Assembly: GCF_009914755.1 (NCBI RefSeq)
Contig: NC_060938.1
Reading direction: 5' to 3' (one strand)
Source: the human T2T-CHM13v2.0 reference genome, Homo sapiens
DNA length: 64,000 nucleotides
Shown in pieces: positions 1-15,945 of this stretch (its first letter is position 1; each line of letters begins with the position of its first letter). Position numbers and translations under genes: made by a program. The notes under the pieces are model-generated. The model was not told where the DNA came from and did no database searches. It saw nothing but the letters and a program-made list of their open reading frames with translations.

Positions 1-379
1 AAAAAAAAGAAACTGAGTTCATTTTTTAAAAAAGGATTAATTTCTATACTAGTATAGACTAATTTGAGAGACTGACATATTAAAACACAAGTGTTCATGG
101 TGCATGATTCAACAATTACGAAAAGACCTTTATGTACTTAAAAGGAGTCATTAAAGAGAGCAAATAAATGACAGTTGTTTGCAGTCAAGCTATGGAAAAC
201 AAAGAGCTCCCACAACAATGTAGGATCTTCAAGTTACTAACACTTATGTTTATATTCACCAAAGCACATTAAGATCAGCAAGTGAATAGCTCTACAAAAT
301 CCTTACAGATCTATAAAGTCCTCTATATGCTTTTTTTTTACAATGGTTGCAATTTATTTTCATTCGTATATGCTTTTCA

Positions 380-490
<111 letters not shown>

Positions 491-1277
491 TTATATATGC
501 ACATCGCTGTATTACCTCTAGCACATGAAACACCTATGAAACCACTGCCCCAACATTTTTAAAGTTCAATTTACCAAAACAAAATTCTTTATTTTGAAAA
601 ATTCCAGCAAGTTTTTAAAAATTCTAATCTCCATATTTGAAATATTCATCTTTAAAAGTCCTGCCTAGTAAAAACTAAGTCATAATTAAGATTTTACAAT
701 TTTGATGAATTTAAATTTCAGTAAGATTTTAAAGTATCTTATTTTTACTAATCAATAAATATGTAACAAAAAGAAAGATTTATCAAAACATAGCTATAAC
801 ATTAACAGTATTGAGCAGCTTTTTATGTGCAATAGAAATTAGTCACCTTGGAACACTTGGAAATCAGTACTGAGACCAAGAACAGTATTTACAAAAAGCA
901 GATTTTTGAGTCACCAACAAAATAACTAGGACAACGCAACGATCTATAATAAGTTTTATATTACTCTAAGTGTCTAAGCCACAGTTGAATGATTCTGTCA
1001 AAAATGTGCATGTTAGTAACACCTTAGAAGAAACTTCAGAGATCACCTAGTCCAGTTCTAAGTATCTGTAAATTAGACAGTCTATTACAAATATGAACAT
1101 GTAGATGACTACAAAAGCAATCTATAAATCTACTTTTGAAAGTAAATTTGGTTTTTATTTTTATTTTTGGTCTGTCAACACAAGGCTCCTGCTCATGAAA
1201 GTAGATTTTAAAATCAAATTTACCTATAACTTGCAAGTCTTAGAAAAGCTGAAAAAATCCACTAATGACACATTTTA

Positions 1278-1520
<243 letters not shown>

Positions 1521-1604
1521 TCATGTGCCTCTTCCCCTCTACTGAATTTGTATTTATATGTGGCATTTAAACTTTACTGCTTCAAACTTCGAATAAGACA
1601 GAAT

Positions 1605-1785
1605 AGTGTTGTCTAACAGAACTTCTGCAAAGATGTTCTATATCTTCGATGCCCAACAGGGCAGTGGCTGGTGAGCACTTGAAATGTGAGAAGTACAACT
1701 ACGAAACTCCATTTTTTATTTTATTTTAAATTGAATTTTGAATTTAAATAGTAACATGTGTCGAGTGTTACCATAATAGAGCACA
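1605..1785. mobile_element. MER3-like hAT MITE
   Basis: gagcacttgaaatgtg...ttttatttta...aatttaaatag motif. Confidence 0.55.
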
Positions 1786-2139
1786 AAGTATTGTTCAGAA
1801 TCCAGTAAGAAAACATACTGCCAATGTTTTTTCCTTAATCATCTTACATTTCCCACCAACTACCAGCACACATATAAGGAAGGCATCAGCAGAGGGCGGG
1901 ACAGCCCAGTGCTGACACAAAAAGGACAGTAGAACTAGCAACTCACTGAGCAACAGCACCAGGGAAGGTTGGAACAGGGCAGAAAGCTAGCCCAGAAAGG
2001 GATGCTGGGACAGGACCCACATCAGGAGGGTGCTGGAATGGGCAGCAGCCCTGTGAGGTTGCGACCTGTGCAGCAAGGGCACCTGACCACAGTTGCAGCC
2101 CTACAGAGCAGGGAGACTGGCTACATACAGGAAGACTGA

Positions 2140-3370
2140 ACACTAATTATTTTGAGGACAATGGGAGCCAAATTTCTGATTATTAGAGAAAGGAGGTACA
2201 AAGACAGAAAGGAGGAAATCTAGAATGAAACCTCTAGTGTCACACTGAAAATAGAGATATCAACAGATAGACACTGAAACAAATACAGATGTAAACATGA
2301 ACAAACAAACATTCTAGCTCTGTCCACTAAAACGCCTGGCAGCAGCAACACACCGGTAGCAATGAATAAACCTAGTATCCAGTTCTTGGTTTCTAACTAC
2401 AACTTTTTCTCCACTAAATTCGAGGAAATTGCCAACATCAAGGCTGGGGCAGTCTAGAATGTCTTGCGCCATAAAACAAGGAAGTATTCAAGGAATAATA
2501 GTGAGATGTTAAAAAGACAAAGAAACCAGCTTTAAGGGGTTCCCACTGGCCAAATATGAAACAATTTTAACATCAAAACAAACAGTAAATGATAATGATA
2601 GATTATAACCCATTAAATAAAACAGGAGTCCATAAGTTCACACTGACATTAAAAAATGATAATATAAGAATGAATAAACGGAGAGAAGAAATGGATGGTA
2701 GAATGCCAACTAATAAATACAGAAATAATGGAGTTAGAAAATCATTTAGTAGCCATCATAGTAATAATCAATTTGGGCCAGAAATATCAAAGAATGCTTA
2801 CACTAATGAGTCAAACTGGGAAAAGGAACAAATTTTATACCGTCTCAAAGTATCTCCCCATGAAATATCTACTAATTATAAAAGGGGTGAAAGGGAACTT
2901 TACAGTAGAGAAAACTGGCAGACTTCACTCAAGTGATCTAAGTTACCACCGGTAAGGGCACAAATCAACATGGTGTGCGACTTGGTAAGCTAGGATGAGG
3001 AGAGGACACCATCGTCTCAGTGATGTGCTGCCCAAAAATTTGTAACCTGGGTCTCATCATAAGAAAATAGCAGACAAACCCAGACTGACAGTAAGACTAC
3101 AAAATGACAGCCTATCTATCTTCCAAAGTTTCAAGGTCATTAAAGTCAAGGAGAGACTAAAGAATGGTTCCAGATTGAAGGAGACTAGGAAGATGTGACA
3201 ACAGGAGTTGAGGACAACTCCTGACTCTAAGGTAGATACTTTGGCTACAAAGAACATTCTCATGAAACTGAATGAGTCTCTCTTGGTGTCTGGGTGAAAG
3301 GCATATGCGGAATTCTAGTATTCTTACAACACTTTAAAGTTTGAAATTGTTTCAAAATAAAAGGTTACAA
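2140..3370 (+). mobile_element. Old L1M (L1MC-type) 3' fragment
   Basis: Related sequence also at 8750-9770 and 50310-51560 (ctttacagtagagaa, gtcaaggtcat motifs). Confidence 0.6.
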
Positions 3371-3836
3371 AGAAAATCTTATACTTGCTCTTTTGTCTCT
3401 GAATAGAAATTATCCTGGTATATAATCCAGGAATGCATTTGCTGTTCTTAGCTCTTAGAAATTTTATTATCAGCTCTGGACAAAGTAAATTACAATGTAC
3501 CCAAAAACATAAATTAGTTTATCACAATCTTACTTTATTGCTAGGGGAAAATTCAACATTACCCAATGGTTATGGCACAAAACAAAAAATTTCAGGATTT
3601 AGAAAAAAATTGGTGAGAATTATAAAATTAAATTAAACCTAATTTAAAATGCCTTCATTATGTTAGCCTTGCCAAGGAATACTGAACTTTTATTGCTGCA
3701 CGATACTGTTTTTGCCTTTTGATTTAAAAAAAAATGAAAAAAGAAGTAACTTTTCTTTATCGAAAATATGGCAAGTCTAAGTAAAGACTGGTAACCGCAA
3801 AATGTCAACAATACAAAATGTACAGGTTTAGACTTA

Positions 3837-4148
<312 letters not shown>

Positions 4149-4276
4149 CTAAACATACTTCAGTACTCCAAAGTAACCTGCTGCAGACACCTTCTTCCAA
4201 TGAATCCCTCCCAGTTCCAATCGTATGGAGACCCTTACCATATGGTACAAAGTCTATACTGTACCGTGCCTACACA

Positions 4277-4309
<33 letters not shown>
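4277..4309. repeat. (CA)n microsatellite
   Basis: Direct read. Confidence 0.95.
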
Positions 4310-4311
<2 letters not shown>

Positions 4312-4656
4312 CTGTTAGTCTTTCTGAATGTAACTACCATGTCATCATTTTCCAATCACTCAATAACTTAAGCAGTCAACAGTTACTGTCCATATTTGCA
4401 ATGCAATTTCCCAGACGTTCATCCCAAATAACATATGTGATGATCATTTTCACTGTTATCTTATTGTGCCCTTTCAAACACTTTGTATAACACTGCCGGG
4501 TCTTTGTGATCATTCTCAACTTCCTTACAATGTACACAGAGTACACCTCTTTTGAGATTATTGCCTGTAGATAAAACTCATTATCTGTTCCTATGGATAC
4601 AAAGAATAACAAAGAAGCCACATTAATTTTTTTTCCCAATCTGCCGGCACATGTTA

Positions 4657-4977
<321 letters not shown>

Positions 4978-5834
4978 TTAGTAAAAGTAAATGACAACTG
5001 TCATTTCTGACACACATGCTCTTGGGCATTCTAAATCCTTAAGGCCAGGCTAAAGAAGATGACAGTATCACAGAAAACTCAGCATGCATGGAAACATGGA
5101 CAAAGAAACTGATTTAATGAGACTCTCCAATTCAGGATAAATTAAATGGTAACATAAGCTAGTGTTCAGACAGTTATATCTATCAGACTGGCTCCTGGAC
5201 TCTCCAAATTTGGAAATTATCAAAAAGCTACAATGTAGAAAAGGCCTTCAACAGGAATTATTCTGCTAATTTTAAGTTAAATAATAAACTTTAAATAGGT
5301 TTTTGTGTACAAGCCAGACCATGGTATTAGTTTTTAGCATCTTTACAATGCTGTTTCCTGTATTAAGACCTTACAAGGCACAAAAATATTTAAGCTAAAA
5401 TCTATAAAATATAGTGCTGTTTTTTTTTTTAAGAATTGAAACAAAATAGGCCTTTAAATGAAAAAAAGAAAACACTTTCTAGGAAAAGATTTCAGTTTGT
5501 TAATTCATAGTCATATGGAATGTACAAGAGTTAAGGTCATACATGCTTTGTCTTTCCATGAAATGCAGTTGTGTAACATCAATCCAATCACAGAAAATAA
5601 GTTGGTTGATGGCAATTAAGACACAAAATTGGTTTGCCAGATAGCTATTCTAATTCTGAGCATACAAATCACTCTACAGCTACCTCATGGGGACAGCTGG
5701 TCTAATATATGAAGAAGTATTCTATAATACAAAAAATAATAGTAATTCTGGGAAACTATGAAAAAAGGGAGACCCTATGGGCACTTTGTCTGTATATGTC
5801 CCGAAAACTGTTATTGTACACTTATTTTGATTTA

Positions 5835-5999
<165 letters not shown>

Positions 6000-8749
6000 T
6001 TAAACGTTGCTGAAAGAAAATAAACTTTTGTTTTTAAAGCCTCCTTTAAAATGGAAGTACATGCATTTTTTGCAAACATACCTAACAAAACGGTCTTGGT
6101 CCTTTTTTCCCAACTTGCTTAAACAGAAATCACTGTCACTCTTCACCACATAGATCTGTGGACCAAGTACTTATAACGCCAAATACAAGATTGGTTTGTA
6201 CTGACAAATGAAATGGTCACGTTACCTCCAACAGCTGATTTGGCGACGGTGATTTAATAGAAATGTGGCCCAGGATGAGACTGAGCTAGTCAGAGAGAAA
6301 CACGGATCCTCATAGATCTTGGCCTCGGGACAGGACGTCCAATGAAAAAAGCTCGACTCATCCCTCTACCAGTTCTACTAGCTCATCTCTCAACTCAACA
6401 CCCTTCTCTAGACCATGCACAGCTTGAGCTGCAGGCCCTACTGTGCTTATACAGAAAGGACCAGTGAGCCCAACACCAAAGGAAACCTTCACCCCCAACA
6501 AATGTAACAAGAGTTCCAGCTGCGATTTCTTTTCCTCTTATCCTATCACCTGATATCATTAGAAGCAGAGCCCATGGGAAAGAAATGTTGTATCCTCTCA
6601 ATCCCTGATGCTTTCTTGTCCCCAGGCCACTGACCAAAATTCTGCACAGCATAGTACAGGGCACAGAAATGGCAAGGCAACCCCACCCTTCCCTGTCATG
6701 AAAGAGGAGATTCCTGAGCTCTGTCTCTCTTCCTGCCTGCTCCTCTGTATTAACCCACAGTGCCTGTAACTGAAAGCTGGCCTTCTAGCTAAGAAATGGC
6801 AAAGAGCTACGGGACGGGATCACATTACACGGGTGCAGAAGGTTAACAGTTAGTGCTGCCATTACAGCTATTTTGGAAATATCCACATTCAAAAACTCAG
6901 CACACGGGATAAATGGTTCCACACCTGATATAAGCGATTCCACATGGTTTCTCTGAAGTCATATTACATAGTATAAATTCCAAATAGAAAATTGCATTTT
7001 TAAGTTGAATCATTCTTTTAAAAAAAAAAAAAATACATGAAACAGACTAATAATAAAGAGCTGGAAGTGGCCATCTAGAATCTCTCTTGATCCCAACCGG
7101 CACAACACTTGCGTGTCTAGGTTAGTTTGGGAGTCTACAAACTACAGCTTGTAGTTCAAGCTCTACAGTTCACGTACTTAAATATTCAGAATCAGAGCTC
7201 CCTTATTATGTTCCAAGATGTGTTTAATTATTTTAATAAATTTAAGATGTAACAGAAAGCAGTGTTACATGCAAACAAATAACATGTCCAAAAGTCTAAA
7301 ATACAAAATAAATCACCTTAGAAATAATACATACTTCCAAATTTTATATAAATAAGCATCAATTTGAATATAATAGAGATTTAGAATGTGTTTTAACTTA
7401 CTGTTAATTAGGCAAAGAATGTATTTTACTTTGCTAAAATTATAAATTATCCATCTGGCAGACTTCAATTAGCTAAGAAATAGAGGCAACAACAGTCAAT
7501 TCATTTTTCCTTAATGAAACCCACATCAAAACCACAGAGAACAGAAGAGACAACAGGCACAATAAATAAAATCTCTTGTAAGCAATAATTACATGGGATA
7601 TACCTATGCTAATAATGCTTAGAGAGAAAAATGTATTTATCTACTTGGTGAATCTTGGCCATGCCTAACCAGTACCCAGGACAAAGCTACAGGCTTCAGG
7701 GAAAACAAAGCCAGGCAGTCACATCATGTGAACTCCCAGAGGATAATGGACAGTGCAAACTGCTTAAAGAGTTTGTAACACCACAGAAAAAATAAGACAA
7801 TGTATTATTTGTTTCTTTTGGTTTTTACACTCAGTTTATACAAGCTGTTCACCAGCAAGCTGTTCACCAGCAAAGTATACTGTTCCCTAATGCACAGTGT
7901 TTCTGAAACGATCTGCAGTGAAGAACCAGCTTTTCTTTTTAAATTTCCAATCCATCAGAGGCAGTTTTGTAGAATTTCATAAAAGTGAATGACTAAGAAA
8001 ATGAAATTTAAAAAGTACTAAAATTCAAGCATCAATTTTATTGTATTCAGCAGATATAAAATTACTGTCAAACTGCTCTAAGAGTTTCTAAATGCTTCTT
8101 CTCAATCTTTGTACTTAACTCATGACATAGGTAAATTCTGGCACCAATTCATAGCCTATACTTTGTGTGTATATGTACATCTAATTCTCCCCAATTAGAA
8201 TGAAAATAACATAACCAAAAATAGGAAATATGTATGGTAGGTTCAGAAAACTAATAGATGTATTACAAAAAATTGTGATCTGAATAAACATGCTAACTAA
8301 TGCAGACAACCATAAGAGGAAAAGAAATTCAAAGATATAAACACATTATTTGAAATTCCTGCCAGGTTATTGAAATACATTATCAACAACTCCTTTAACA
8401 GTATCCCTTACTCCTTACATTTTCTTGTCAATGTGGAGAAAACCAGATATAATTCCTCTATGATTTCACTAAAAAAAGATCACTGACAGTTACATAATAG
8501 CATACGGATGTTGCACTCCCTAGATGGGTGCATAAGCGGCTGAAGAATTAGCATCTACTGTGTGCTGGTTGATAAAACTGCCATTTTTAATACAAAGTCT
8601 CTTACCAACAAGCCAGTAAGAGAGGGAGGTATTATTTCCATTTTACGAATGAACATACTGAAACTTTTAAAAGTTAAATAACTTTCACAAAATATACACC
8701 CACAAAGTGGGCAGAAAAGAAACCAAGTCTCCTCGGCAAAATGGCTGAT

Positions 8750-9770
8750 TCTAGGGCCAGGCAGGGAGAAATACAAGAGCCCAGAGCACCCTGTGGTATC
8801 ACAAAGAAAGTGCTCAAAAACAAAAGGATGAGGGTATGTCAAAGGGACACGGGTGCTAAACTCGAAGAGCTCCCAGTGGCCACCGCTGCAACAATTTGAG
8901 CAACAAATAAATAACACAGTATTGGATTATGGCCCAAAGTATAAAATAAACATGAAACCACCAACTGAAATACATGATTCAATTAATAAATATAAGTAGA
9001 CAGTTACATAAAAAGGATAAACCAGACAAGTTTTCCTTACAGAAGAATTCCAAATACATATAGATATATCCCTCTCCAGCAAGTGGAGATTAATCCCTCC
9101 CTACCAGGGTGGGCTAGACTTGGAGACTTCCTTCCAAATAGAGTAAGAAAAGGGAAACAGTGTAACTTTACAGTAGAGAAAGCAGACAAACACTATCACA
9201 ATCCATTGATGAAGATGAACATGACGAGTGACGTTTTGTGGTTGATACCATGAGAGCCCCCTGATATAATGTGACTAGAAGAGCAGGTCACCTCCATGGT
9301 ATTCTTCCATATCCGATCACCCCAGTACAACCCCAAGAACATAAGAAAAACCCAAATGGAGGGGCATTCACCAAATACCTGACCTGTACTCCTGAAGACT
9401 GTCAAGGTCATCAAAAACAAGACGGAAACTGAAAAACTGTGACAGACCAGAGGAAACTGGGTAGATACTGACAACTAAATGTGATATGACACCTTGGATT
9501 AAAGACATTATCCCTTACTGTCTAGTGGTTAGAAAAAAATAAAAATAAATTTTTTGAAAAAGAGGACATTAGTAGAAAAGCTGTCAAAATCCAAATAAAG
9601 TCTGGAGTTAATAGTAATGGGCCAATGTTAGTTTTCTTAGTTGTGACAAACACTGACATGAGATAATATCAATGGGGGAAACTAAGTGAGGGGCATATGA
9701 GAACTCCGTACCATTTTTCCAACTTTTCTGTAAATCTCAAATTATTCCAAAATAAAAAGTTATTAGGAAA
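8750..9770 (+). mobile_element. Old L1M (L1MC-type) 3' fragment
   Basis: L1MC-like 3'UTR ending ttccaaaataaaaagtt. Confidence 0.6.
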
Positions 9771-11132
9771 AAAAGGGGGAGGGGTAGAGACAGGATGTGA
9801 ACCCAGGTTTGTCCAATGCCAGTATCACACAATACTAGTATATTACACGGTGAAAAGAACACTGGACTTGAGACTGGAAGCCATTTTCTGCCACTTGATA
9901 TGTGTGTAATTTGGGGGAAGGTCACACACTGATGCTTGTTTTCTTCCTCTGTAATATGGAAAGAACATCTACTTTCCTCCCCTATGGAGTGTTGTGAATA
10001 TGTCTTAAATATATATAACTTAGAAACCCCTATGTAAATATAAGGTACAAAGAAACCCATAAACATAAGACTGTGCACATACCTACACTACATATAGAAG
10101 TGGCTGTGATTTATTTTTTTTAATTAGGAGAGTAGAAAACTGCATGTATATTACAATAGCTTATATGCCCATGAAACTATTCACTATAGAAGGGTTTTTC
10201 CTCCCATTAAACTGATGGAAGGAAAGAATCTGAATTTCAGGAAGTTTTTCTAAGCTTATTAAAAAGCTTACTGGAACAAGACCTCTATTGTATATTTAAT
10301 TAGCTGCTCATAAAGTCAACCCTCAGAGCACTCTTGATTCATCATACAGCACTAAATTCCAGTCACATTTTATGAAAGTTGATCACAATTCATCTGATCC
10401 TTAAAGTCAATAGGAAGTAACCGACTGATTCTGGATAAACCTTTTCAGGCTAATATTCCTGCAATAAAAACTGGCACATCTTTACCTAAAAATACATGCA
10501 GAAAACAGGAGGAAGGCGGAAAATACACCCCCATTTCTTCTCTCCAAGCCCCAGAAAATTTATTTAATCCTTATATAATCCTAAATGGAGACGGGGAGTA
10601 TGTCCATAACTAGGCTTACAACTGCGCCAGCATTAAACTTTTTTGACTCCCAAAATGCTTTTTCCCTGCCCTAAGAAATAATCCCTCCTTAGTCACGCTC
10701 TCCCAGGTCCGTCTCCTGGCAATCTTCCTGCTGTAAAGCACTGGTTTTTAGTGTTCTGTGATGCCCAGGGGCATTACTATGATAGAAAGAACTGGAAACT
10801 AGGAGTCAGGATATTAGGATTCTAGAATTGTCTCTGCCATTGACTAGCAATTTAACTTACAGCAAATCACTCTCTCTCCTGAGGCTCTTTCTCATTTTTA
10901 CAAAAATAAGTGGGTTGGATTAGATAGTCAGTGAGGTCCCCTTCCAATCTTCAACTTCTAATTTAAATGTAATTTGGTCCCTAAAGTTATTTTCCTTTGT
11001 ATTCATCAGAAGGATCAGGCTCAATGACTATGAAAATTACCAGACTAAAAACTGCCAGATGATGACCCTCGAGTCCAATTTCTCGTTACTCAAAAAAGTT
11101 TTTAAAACCCCTAAACATTCAGAAGCAGTTAA

Positions 11133-11179
11133 GCGCGTGTGCGCGTGCGTGTACGCGCGCGCGCGCGCACACACACACA
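11133..11179. repeat. Alternating purine-pyrimidine (GC/GT/CA)n tract
   Basis: 47 bp of uninterrupted alternation including (CG)7. Confidence 0.95.
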
Positions 11180-11623
11180 AAGAAAGAAAAAGAAAAAAAA
11201 AAATCCCAAATTACCTTAGGAAGCAAAGCTTAGTTTTTCCTAAGAGATCACTACTTGCAGAAAAGTTAGGGATCAACTGTGGCCAATTAATGGATCTCAT
11301 AGAAAAGTAAATTGATTTAAGTACAAAATAAGGACCTTTTTTGGCAGAAAAAAATAAGAGTATCTATCTACAAACCAAAAGGACCATACATTAAGTGACC
11401 ATCTGACAGAAATCTGAAGTATAGCTCCCTGGCTGGTTCTAAATTAGAAAAAAAATCTTTCATTGAAGGGAGAAAGAGTAGGAATCCACGGCCTAAAATT
11501 TGGATTCAATATCACCTTTGCTAATAGTCTTAGAACTTTCCCCAACATTCTTATTCTCTTCTGATTCACAAAATTTTAATATGCAGTCTATGAACCAACC
11601 CAAAATAAATTCAATTGTTCTAA

Positions 11624-11926
<303 letters not shown>

Positions 11927-12413
11927 GCCTTGAAAAGTTGAATCCATATTTTTAAGAGAAAAAAATCAACATTAAAAAATTAGTCACAATACCCAGATAA
12001 AATTTCTCCTAAGACTACCTGAGGGGAACACTTGGTGTGAAATGCTTAACACAATGTCTAACACATAGTTAAGGATTAATAAATATCTGAATTGAATCTA
12101 AAATTGAATATAAAACAATGCTTTACTTAAATGTATACTGATTTTTTTAAAAACCATACTTGTCCTCCATTTTAGGTAGATTAGAATAGATTAGCATCCT
12201 TTAAGAAAAAAATATCAGCCATATGAAAAGCAGCCTTCTGGAAAACATCCTCTCTGTCAATCCCAGGACAGCATGACGTATCAGCAATGATGGCGCCAAG
12301 TCAAGGACACTTACATAACCCTCATGCTAGCTCTTACAGCTGCTGCAGCGCATCACATCACAACACAGGACGCCTCCCTGTTCTCATGTGAAAGGAGTCA
12401 ACTTACAGATTTA

Positions 12414-12887
<474 letters not shown>

Positions 12888-13713
12888 CTACAAAAAAAAG
12901 AAAAGAAAAAACCTAATGCCAAATAATAATAATGTAGCATTTTCATGTGGGGTTTAACTGGGATTTCAGTTGTTCTCAAATGGCTCCTTAAATGTAACCC
13001 AGCCTTAGGTTAAGTCCCTGAAGGTGGGGGGAGAGGCCATTAGCCTTTTCAAGCTCATTTCGTATGTATATGCCTAGAACCATCTCCTTTTTTCAATAAA
13101 ATAATCAAACAGAAATTAAAAGATGCAATTGTATGAGGTTAATGAAGCTTATTTTTAGATCTGTAATTAGTTAAAACTATACCTGAGTCATTTACTTCCT
13201 GCCAAATTACATAAAATTTATGTAGCACAGTAATTTAACTTTAGGCATCAAGGAAGAGCAATACAGTTTTCCTTGAACTTTATGTACAATATTCTCCAGC
13301 ATTATATGTTTTCCACTATACTGACTAGAAACTGTGGATGAATTTTGGTCGATCTACAGTCAGCACCTCTGGATGCCACGGTGAGACTGTTGTAAAAACA
13401 CTGCACAGCTGTCTCTATCATCATTTCTTTTTTCTTTCTTTCTTTCTAAACAGTAGGAAAGGCCTTTATTGGTTGGAAGTGGAAAAGGAGCTAGGACAGC
13501 TGCACTGGGGCAGCCTCCACACACTCTGTCACAGTTCTCCAAAAGCCCCTGTTATCCGATTTCAATGAAAACACCACCACAAGGTCAGGGCTCCTCAACA
13601 TTAACATCTCAGCTAAATTCAGACTCTGATCCTGGACCCTCCCAGAGTGCTGCATCTTACAACTCTAATTGAGAGCCGAAAGTCAATCCATGGCCAGGGT
13701 GTAACTGAGGAAT

Positions 13714-14118
13714 TGAGGGAGAGGGAGAGAGGCAGAGAGGCAGAGAGGGAGAGAGGGAGAGGGAGAAGGTCGGGGGAGGGAGAGGGGAAAGGTGGGGGAA
13801 GGGGAGGAGGAGGGGAGAGGAAGAGAGGGAGAAGGGGAGAGGAGGAGGGGGAGGAGGGGGAGGAGGAGAGGAGGCAGAGATGGGGGGAGGAGGGAGGGGA
13901 CAGGGAGGGGGAGGAGGGAGGGGAGAGGGAGGAGGAGGGGAGGAAGAGGGGGAGGGGAGGAAGACAGGGAGGGGAGGAGGGGGAGGGGAGGGGGAGGGAG
14001 GGGAGGTACAGAAAGAGGAGAGGAGAGAAAGAGAGAGAGAGAGGAAAAAAAGACAGGAAAGAAAAGAAAGAAAAGGAAAGAGGAAAGGAAAGGGAAGGGA
14101 AAAGGAAAGGAAGAAAGA
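13714..14118. repeat. GA-rich polypurine/polypyrimidine low-complexity tract
   Basis: ~400 bp almost exclusively G/A on +; G-rich part followed by A-rich part. Confidence 0.95.
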
Positions 14119-14239
14119 ATGCAAAGATTGAGAAAAATGTGGGCACTGCTGCTCGAGAAGAAAAAAATCATCAGGAGAGAAACTAAGACCCACATTTAAT
14201 ACAGTGTTAACATTCACAAATGGTTGCAAAGTTCTAGGG

Positions 14240-14387
14240 CAGTGGTTCTCGAGCTTTAATGAATCAGATTACTGGAGGGCTTATCGAAATTCAAAACTGA
14301 AGACTGCAAACAGTAAAATTCAGTCCTGAGGACCCCACCCAGATGCTGCTGATGATGATGTGGGGCCCACAATGGAAGGATCACTGT
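14240..14387. mobile_element. MER5-like hAT MITE
   Basis: cagtggttctc ... gatcactg termini. Confidence 0.5.
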
Positions 14388-14762
14388 CCTAAGGGATCTC
14401 TTCTCAAAGCAGTACCACTGAGAGACAATAGGCTCATATCCAGTTACACACACTAGGAAACTGCGGAAGAATTTGTTTAATTCAAGGGTCTGAACAGGAA
14501 CTAACTCTTCTGACCAAAAAGAAACAAAAATTGGACTCACTCCTTATACTTAAATAACCATGACATGAATCCTAGCTCAGCTCCTTAAATAGGGGAAGTC
14601 TACACTTAATATAAATGTGCACTGGATAACAATGAACTCAACCTAATATGGTATGTTCAATGAAAAATGTCTAAAAAGATTAAGACCTTAAACTAAAATG
14701 CAAAGAAAAGAGCCGCATTAAGCATATTTTCATTTCAATATTAAAAATTAACAAAGCTTTCA

Positions 14763-14969
<207 letters not shown>

Positions 14970-15592
14970 TTAACATAAGAAACAAAAGGTATCAATACTG
15001 CAGTAGTGAGAATGCAATTTAAAAAAAGTTTTTCAAAAAGCAAAAAAAAAAAAAAGGGAATAGATACTAAAAAAAAAAAAAAATGCCAGAATGTTAGCAG
15101 TGGGGTGAGATTTTAGGTGTTTAATTATTATTTTTCTATATTACCATATTTCTCAACAGTAAATAATGTATTTTATAAACCAGTAAAGTGTTGTTTAAAA
15201 GATGTTTTCAAAAGGCAAGGGGAGAAGAGGGGAAAGAAAAGAATACAAATGAGCATCCACTGCATCCCCAAGCATGATGCTGGGAATTTACATACCTTCT
15301 AACTGAATCCACACACAGGGAGGATGACGAAGGAAATGAAGGTTCAAAGACATTACATGACTCTGTCTAAACAAAACTCAGGACTGCCTTCCTCTGAGGG
15401 CTCTTTCAGCCAAACCCTACTGCCTCCCTGAACACCTTTTGTTTCATTTCTAAAAAACTCACTACAGCATTATGATCCATTTATAGGTCTAACTCCAAAA
15501 AGAAGCTTCCTAGTTTCAGTTTGTATATCTAATCAATATAAAAGGCAGGCTTACAACATGCCTTCCTAAAGTGGTACTCATGTTTATCTGCA

Positions 15593-15945
15593 CAGGTTGA
15601 GTGCCCTTATCTGAAAGGCTTGGGACCTGAACTGTTTTGGATTTCCAATATTTTTCAGATTTTGGAATATTTGCATATAAAAAATGAAGTATCTTGAGGA
15701 TGGGACCCAAGTCTAAACATGAAATTCATTTATGTTTCATATACACCTTACAGCTTGAAGGTAATTTTACACAATATTTTTAAATAATGTTGTGAATGAA
15801 ACAGGTTTTGGTCGCATTTTGGCTTCAGTTCATCACAAGGTCAGATATGAAATGTTCCACTTGTGGCAGCACACCAGCACTCAAAAGGTTTCAGATTTTG
15901 GAGCATTTTGAATTTCGCGTTTTCAGATTAGGGTTGCTCAATCTG
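15593..15945 (+). mobile_element. Tigger4/MER46 (Zombi) MITE
   Basis: TIRs CAGGTTGAG...CTCAATCTG; characteristic ttcagattttgga repeats. Confidence 0.82.

Noticed and set aside
13619-14229. Six long overlapping ORFs (up to 190 aa)
   Set aside because: Artefacts of a stop-poor GA-rich tract; low-complexity peptides
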